DNA of 64,000 nucleotides. It comes from an uncultured Pseudomonadota bacterium (lineage in GTDB: Bacteria; Pseudomonadota; Gammaproteobacteria; Burkholderiales; SG8-39). Numbering within the stretch: the first letter of the stretch is position 1; each line of letters opens with the position of its first letter. The notes beneath the pieces were generated by a model. The model searched no databases. It saw only the letters and a list, made by a program, of their open reading frames with translations, and was not told the DNA's origin. Both the position numbers and the translations under genes were made by a program. The stretch covers positions 2,897 through 66,896 of the forward strand of contig CALCIE010000075.1 in NCBI GenBank assembly GCA_937907425.1, written 5' to 3'. Shown here piece by piece: positions 59,663 to 64,000 of the stretch.

Positions 59663-60733
59663 TGCGTCCACGATCGCGCGCAGCGCATCGCGGTCGACGC
59701 TGTCGTGGACGAAGGCATCGCCGATGGCGCGCAACAGCACGAAGCGCAGCCGCCCGCTCTCGTTCTTCTTGTCCACGCTCATGAGCTCCAGATAGCGCTC
59801 GAAGCCCAGCGCCGGTCCCGCCGCCGGCAGGCCGGCGCGCGCGATCAGCTCGCGCACCCGCTCGCGCGCCGCGGCATCGATCAGGCCCAGCCGGCGCGAG
59901 AGGTCCGCGGCCATGACCATCCCCGCCCCGACGGCTTCGCCGTGCAGCCAGGTGCCGAAACCCAGACCGGCCTCGATGGCATGGCCGAAGGTATGACCGA
60001 AATTGAGCACCGCGCGCAGTCCGGACTCGCGTTCGTCCAGCGCAACGACCTCGGCCTTGATTTCCACCGAACGCTTGATGGCATGGATCAGCGCTTCGGC
60101 ATCGCGCGCGAGCAGACGCTCGATGTTCGCTTCCAGCCATTGGAAATAGTCCGCGTCGCGAATGGCGCCGTGCTTGATGATCTCCGCGATGCCGGCCTTG
60201 AGTTCGCGATCCGGCAGCGTCGAAAACGTGTCGATGTCGGCCAGCACCGCGATCGGCTGATGGAAAGCGCCGATCATGTTCTTGCCGAGCGGATGGTTGA
60301 TGCCCGTCTTGCCGCCCACCGAGGAATCCACCTGCGCGAGCAGCGTGGTCGGCATCTGCACGAAAGGCACGCCGCGCATGAAGGCGGCGGCGGCAAAGCC
60401 GGTGATGTCGCCGATGACGCCGCCGCCCAGCGCGATCAGCGTGGTCTTGCGGTCGCAGCGGTGCCGCAGCAGGGCGTCGAAAATGAGATTGAGCGTCGGC
60501 CAGTCCTTGTGGTCTTCGCCGTCGGGAAGCACCACCGACAAGGCTTCGATGCCCGCGCGTTCGAAGGCTCGTACGACGCGATCGAGGTAAAGCGGCGCGA
60601 CGACGGTGTTGCTGACGATCATCACGCGCCGTTGCGGCAGGAGCGGCGCGAGCAGATCGATACGCTCGATCAGACCGGCGCCGATGTGGATGGGATAGCT
60701 GCGCTCGTCGAGCGCTACGCGGATCGTTTGCAT
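59642..60733 (-). CDS. aroB: 3-dehydroquinate synthase
   Basis: 363 aa. [52 protein letters not shown], and the metal-binding His pair in [10 protein letters not shown]. Confidence 0.95.
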   Translation of the reverse strand: MQTIRVALDERSYPIHIGAGLIERIDLLAPLLPQRRVMIVSNTVVAPLYLDRVVRAFERAGIEALSVVLPDGEDHKDWPTLNLIFDALLRHRCDRKTTLIALGGGVIGDITGFAAAAFMRGVPFVQMPTTLLAQVDSSVGGKTGINHPLGKNMIGAFHQPIAVLADIDTFSTLPDRELKAGIAEIIKHGAIRDADYFQWLEANIERLLARDAEALIHAIKRSVEIKAEVVALDERESGLRAVLNFGHTFGHAIEAGLGFGTWLHGEAVGAGMVMAADLSRRLGLIDAAARERVRELIARAGLPAAGPALGFERYLELMSVDKKNESGRLRFVLLRAIGDAFVHDSVDRDALRAIVDACTNSVN

Positions 60734-61245
60734 TCTTCAGGCAGTGACAACAGCAGTTCCTTGGTCAGGCTCGCCACGCTCTGCTGACCGGTTTCCAGCA
60801 CCAGGTCCGCCGTCTCGCGGTAGAGCGGATCGCGAATCGCGTACAGCTCCTTGAGCTTGGCCAGCGGATCGGCGGTGCGCAACAGCGGCCGGGACTTGTC
60901 GTGACGCGTGCGCTGCCACAGATCCTCCGGCTGCGCATGCAGGTAGACGACATAGCCGCGGCTGCGCAGGCGTTCCCGGTTGAGGGCATCGAGGATAGCA
61001 CCGCCCCCGGTCGCCAGGACGATGCCGTCGAGCTGCGTCAGCCGGTCGATGGCTTCCACCTCCCGCGCACGGAAACCGGCCTCGCCCTCGATTTCGAAAA
61101 TCACCGGGATGCGCACGCCCGTGCGCGCCTCGATCTCGTGATCCGAGTCGTAAAAGGCCTTGTCCAGGCGCCGGGCAAGCTGTTTCCCGATCGTCGTCTT
61201 GCCCGCCCCCATGAGGCCGACCAAAAAGATGTTCCGGCAGCGCAT
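60715..61245 (-). CDS. aroK: shikimate kinase
   Basis: P-loop [23 protein letters not shown] motif, GGGAIL. Its 3' end overlaps the aroB start by 19 nt. Confidence 0.9.
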   Translation of the reverse strand: MRCRNIFLVGLMGAGKTTIGKQLARRLDKAFYDSDHEIEARTGVRIPVIFEIEGEAGFRAREVEAIDRLTQLDGIVLATGGGAILDALNRERLRSRGYVVYLHAQPEDLWQRTRHDKSRPLLRTADPLAKLKELYAIRDPLYRETADLVLETGQQSVASLTKELLLSLPEECKRSA

Positions 61246-61270
61246 GCCGCATTGTAGCGGGCGGCGGCCC

Positions 61271-61305
61271 CAAAAAAGAAAGCCGGGGGCGAAACCCCGG
61301 CTTTC
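61271..61305 (-). terminator. strong rho-independent terminator after pilQ
   Basis: Minus strand GAAAGCCGGGG-TTTCGC-CCCCGGCTTTC (11-bp perfect stem, plus 61278-61305) followed by TTTTTT. Confidence 0.8.
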
Positions 61306-61322
61306 CGCGCCTCAGGCGTGTT

Positions 61323-63428
61323 TCAGCGCACGGTGAGCTTGTCCTCCACGATGCGCGGCGTCAGGAAGACCAGCAGCTCGGTCTTGTTGTCCTGCCGCAG
61401 GGTGTTGCGGAACAGGTTGCCCAGCCCCGGAATATCGCCCAGCAGCGGGATCTTGTTGACCTGATTGCGCTCTTCCTGCGTGTAGATGCCGCCGATCACC
61501 ACGGTACCGCCGTTTTCGACCAGCACCGAGGTCTTGACGTGCTTGGTGTCGATCGCGGGCGCACCGGCCGCGCCGGTGAATTGCGAGACGGCGTCCTTGT
61601 TGACGCTGACCTCCATCATCACGTTGCCGTCGGGCGTGATGTGGGGCGTGACGCGCAGGGCCAGGACCGCCTTCTTGAACTGCACGGAGGTGGCGCCGCT
61701 GGAACTCGCCTCCTGGTAGGGGATCTCCGTACCCTGCTCGATCACCGCTTCCACCTGGTTGGCCGTGACGACCCGCGGGCTGGAGATGATTTTGCCCTTG
61801 CCGTCCGACTCCAGCGCGCTGAGCTCAAGGTTCAGGAAGCGCGACAGCGAACTGCTGAACAGCACCATCGAGAATCTGCCGGGCGCGGGGCCGCCGGGGA
61901 TATTGGCGGGCAGATTGACGCCCAGCACGTTCTCGAACGCGGGCTGATCTTCCAGCTGACCGGTCAGGTAGGCCGGCCCTTCCAACGCCCCGCCGAAGGT
62001 GACGCGCGTGCTCTCGTTGCCGAGCAGGGCGGACGATCCGTTGATCGTACTGTTGTAGCCCAGGCGGGCGCCCAGCGTACGGGCGAACCTGTCATCCGCT
62101 TCGACGATGCGCGCCTCGATCATGACCTGTTTCACCGGTACATCGGTCACAGCGATGATCTTGCGCACCTCCTCCAGCCGCGAGGGGATGTCCTGAATGA
62201 AGGCGACGTTGGTGCGCTGATCCCACACCGCGCTGCCGCGCTTGGACAGGATGCGCTGTTTCTCGTCGGTCAGGATCTTCGCCAGATCCGCCGCCTTGAT
62301 GTAATTAAGATGGAAGGTCTCGGTGCGCAGCGGTTCCAGCTCCTCGATCTGCTGACGCGCCTCGTGCTCGAGTTTCTCCTTGGTCGCCAGTTCGTCGGCC
62401 GGCGCGATCCAGACCACGTTGCCGTTCTTGCGCATCGCCAGCCCGCGCGTCTGCAGGATGATGTCGAGCGCCTGATCCCACGGCACGTCCTTCAGGCGCA
62501 GGGTCAGGTTGCCCTGCACCGAATCGCTGGTGATGATGTTGAGATCGGTGAAGTCGGCGATGACGTTGAGCACGCTGCGCACTTCCACGTTCTGGAAGTT
62601 GAGCGACAGCTTTTCGCCCTTATAGCCGCCGCGCGTACCCTGCACCAGCTTGTTCGGGTCGTATTGGACGGGCTTCACCTCGACCACGAACTGGTTGTCG
62701 GTCTGATAGGCGTTGTGCTCCCAAAGACCGGTCGGCTCGATCACGACGCGCGCGTTCTCGCCTTGCGCGAAGGCCTTGATGTTCGTGACCGGCGTGCCGA
62801 AGTCGGCGACGTCCAGACGTTTGCGCAAGTGCTCGGGCAGGCTCGTGCGGATGAAATCCACCACAAGGGTATTGCCCTGCGTGCGGATGTCGATGCCGGT
62901 ATCAGGATCGGAAAGATCGACCACGATGCGGCCTTCGCCGCCGGGCCCGCGCCGGAAGTCGATGGCCCGCACCGCGTGCCTGGCGCCGACGTTGCTGCTT
63001 TCCGCGAAACGTGCGGCCTTCGGCGCGGCGGCCGGCTGCCCGCTGCGCGTCAGGTTGATGATGAGCGCGTTGCCGTCCACCTCCGCCTTGTGGACCATCG
63101 GCGCATTGAGGTTGAGCACCACGCGGGTACGGTCGCCCGCCTGCACCACGGTGTAGCTGCGCAGATCGCCCTGGTTGACCTCGTCGCTGTTCTTCGGCAG
63201 CGCACTGGCCGTGTTGGGGAAGTCGAACGCGACGCGCGGCGGCGAAACGACGCTGAAGCTGGCGGGCGCGGCCTGCAGAGGCTCTTTCATGGACAGGCGC
63301 ACGACGACGCTGCCGCCCCGGTCCATGACGTCGATCGCCTGGATGCTGTTCTGCGCGCCCTGCGCTACAGCGGCGAAGGACAGGAACAGCGCCAGCAGGA
63401 ACGCTTTGGTCAGTGTAAAGGCTTTCAT
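61323..63428 (-). CDS. pilQ: type IV pilus secretin
   Basis: 701 aa. Signal peptide, AMIN-like N-terminal repeats, STN / secretin N domains, and a C-terminal secretin domain (...VPLLGDIPGLGNLFR...). Confidence 0.9.
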   Translation of the reverse strand: MKAFTLTKAFLLALFLSFAAVAQGAQNSIQAIDVMDRGGSVVVRLSMKEPLQAAPASFSVVSPPRVAFDFPNTASALPKNSDEVNQGDLRSYTVVQAGDRTRVVLNLNAPMVHKAEVDGNALIINLTRSGQPAAAPKAARFAESSNVGARHAVRAIDFRRGPGGEGRIVVDLSDPDTGIDIRTQGNTLVVDFIRTSLPEHLRKRLDVADFGTPVTNIKAFAQGENARVVIEPTGLWEHNAYQTDNQFVVEVKPVQYDPNKLVQGTRGGYKGEKLSLNFQNVEVRSVLNVIADFTDLNIITSDSVQGNLTLRLKDVPWDQALDIILQTRGLAMRKNGNVVWIAPADELATKEKLEHEARQQIEELEPLRTETFHLNYIKAADLAKILTDEKQRILSKRGSAVWDQRTNVAFIQDIPSRLEEVRKIIAVTDVPVKQVMIEARIVEADDRFARTLGARLGYNSTINGSSALLGNESTRVTFGGALEGPAYLTGQLEDQPAFENVLGVNLPANIPGGPAPGRFSMVLFSSSLSRFLNLELSALESDGKGKIISSPRVVTANQVEAVIEQGTEIPYQEASSSGATSVQFKKAVLALRVTPHITPDGNVMMEVSVNKDAVSQFTGAAGAPAIDTKHVKTSVLVENGGTVVIGGIYTQEERNQVNKIPLLGDIPGLGNLFRNTLRQDNKTELLVFLTPRIVEDKLTVR

Positions 63429-63952
63429 TTTCGTTTTTCCTCCGCTTCCTGCAGATGCAGGCTACTTTCGCGCTCGGTCCAATCACCGGCAGCGTCTTGA
63501 ATCAGTTCCTTGACGCGGATTTCCGTCTCGTCGATGGCCGTGATGAGGCCGAAGTTCTGGCCGATGTAGTTGCCCACACCGACCCGGTAGAGGCCCGAAG
63601 AAGCCTTGATCAGCGCGTAGGTCTTGTTCTTCTGCTGCAGCACGCCGACCATCGCCAGCGACTCCAGCGGATAGGCCTCCAACGGCTCTTTCGGCCGGTT
63701 GAAATCGGGCTTGATGCCGCTGCCGCCGCCCTGTGTCTTGGTGGCCAGCGCGATCTTCTCCGGACCGAAGGGATCGGGCAGATCGAAAGCGGCATACGGC
63801 ACCGGCTCGTACGGCTTGACGACCGGCAGCGGCGGCACGCGCCCGCGCAGATCCTTGGTGAGCGCGTCCAGTTCGGCCTGCAACGCCTTTTGTTCGCCGC
63901 CTTCGCATCCGAGCACGAACAGCGTCATCCCCAGAATCAAGAGCTTTCTCAT
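63425..63952 (-). CDS. pilP: type IV pilus assembly lipoprotein PilP
   Basis: Lipobox MRKLLILGMTLFVLGC. Conserved C-terminal beta-domain (LESLAMVGVL...ALIKASSGLYRVGVGNYIG). Its stop overlaps the pilQ start (ATGA). Confidence 0.8.
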   Translation of the reverse strand: MRKLLILGMTLFVLGCEGGEQKALQAELDALTKDLRGRVPPLPVVKPYEPVPYAAFDLPDPFGPEKIALATKTQGGGSGIKPDFNRPKEPLEAYPLESLAMVGVLQQKNKTYALIKASSGLYRVGVGNYIGQNFGLITAIDETEIRVKELIQDAAGDWTERESSLHLQEAEEKRK

Positions 63953-64000
63953 TTCTTCCGGCCCTTCTTCTTCGTGCCCTGCTTCGCCTTCGCGGCCGCA
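63949..64000 (-). CDS. 3' end of a gene upstream of pilP (probably pilO), cut by window edge
   Basis: Only 16 codons are visible (...AAAKAKQGTKKKGRKK*). The stop overlaps the pilP start (ATGA). Identity is inferred only from the canonical pilMNOPQ order. Confidence 0.35.
   Translation of the reverse strand, partial: AAAKAKQGTKKKGRKK

Overview
High-GC Gram-negative chromosomal segment with about 55 real genes. It is most likely betaproteobacterial, but that call is low confidence and rests only on glmUS / gltBD / aroKB / pilOPQ synteny and the type of exosortase locus. Nearly all very long track ORFs lying antisense or out of frame to these genes are GC-driven shadow ORFs. Layout: (i) 0-12.3 kb holds miscellaneous genes: membrane proteins, SMR efflux, YnfA, DUF488, secreted MBL hydrolase, orphan solute-binding protein, class A PBP, cupin, Zn-ADH, SRPBCC, DUF421. 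(ii) 12.4-37.6 kb is one minus-strand, translationally coupled 20-gene exosortase A (XrtA/EpsH)-type exopolysaccharide operon. It encodes an export lipoprotein, chain-length determinant, BY-kinase, beta-barrel, ExeA-like ATPase, WecB, two NodB deacetylases, FemAB-like protein, XrtA-EpsI fusion, four GT-B glycosyltransferases, two AsnB-type amidotransferases, PaaK/CapK-like ligase, AlgD-like dehydrogenase, transglutaminase-like protein and a Wzy/O-antigen-ligase-like protein. (iii) 37.9-48.9 kb is the most unusual part: a compact mixed-orientation cluster. It contains a split MoeY-like ThiF/nitroreductase pair, two FtsX-type permeases, a LolD-like ATPase, a LolA-like periplasmic protein, a beta-barrel with an ELFG-repeat N-terminus, two paralogous FeeM-type N-acyl amino acid synthases and an orphan sensor kinase. 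I propose it is a lipo-amino-acid synthesis plus Lol-like export module attached to the exosortase system. (iv) 49.3-64 kb holds core genes glmS, glmU, gltD, gltB, aroB, aroK, pilQ, pilP and partial pilO. No rRNA, tRNA, CRISPR, IS or prophage genes were recognised. All family assignments come from reading the translations (motifs, architecture, memory of family signatures and accession names); none has been verified by a database search.
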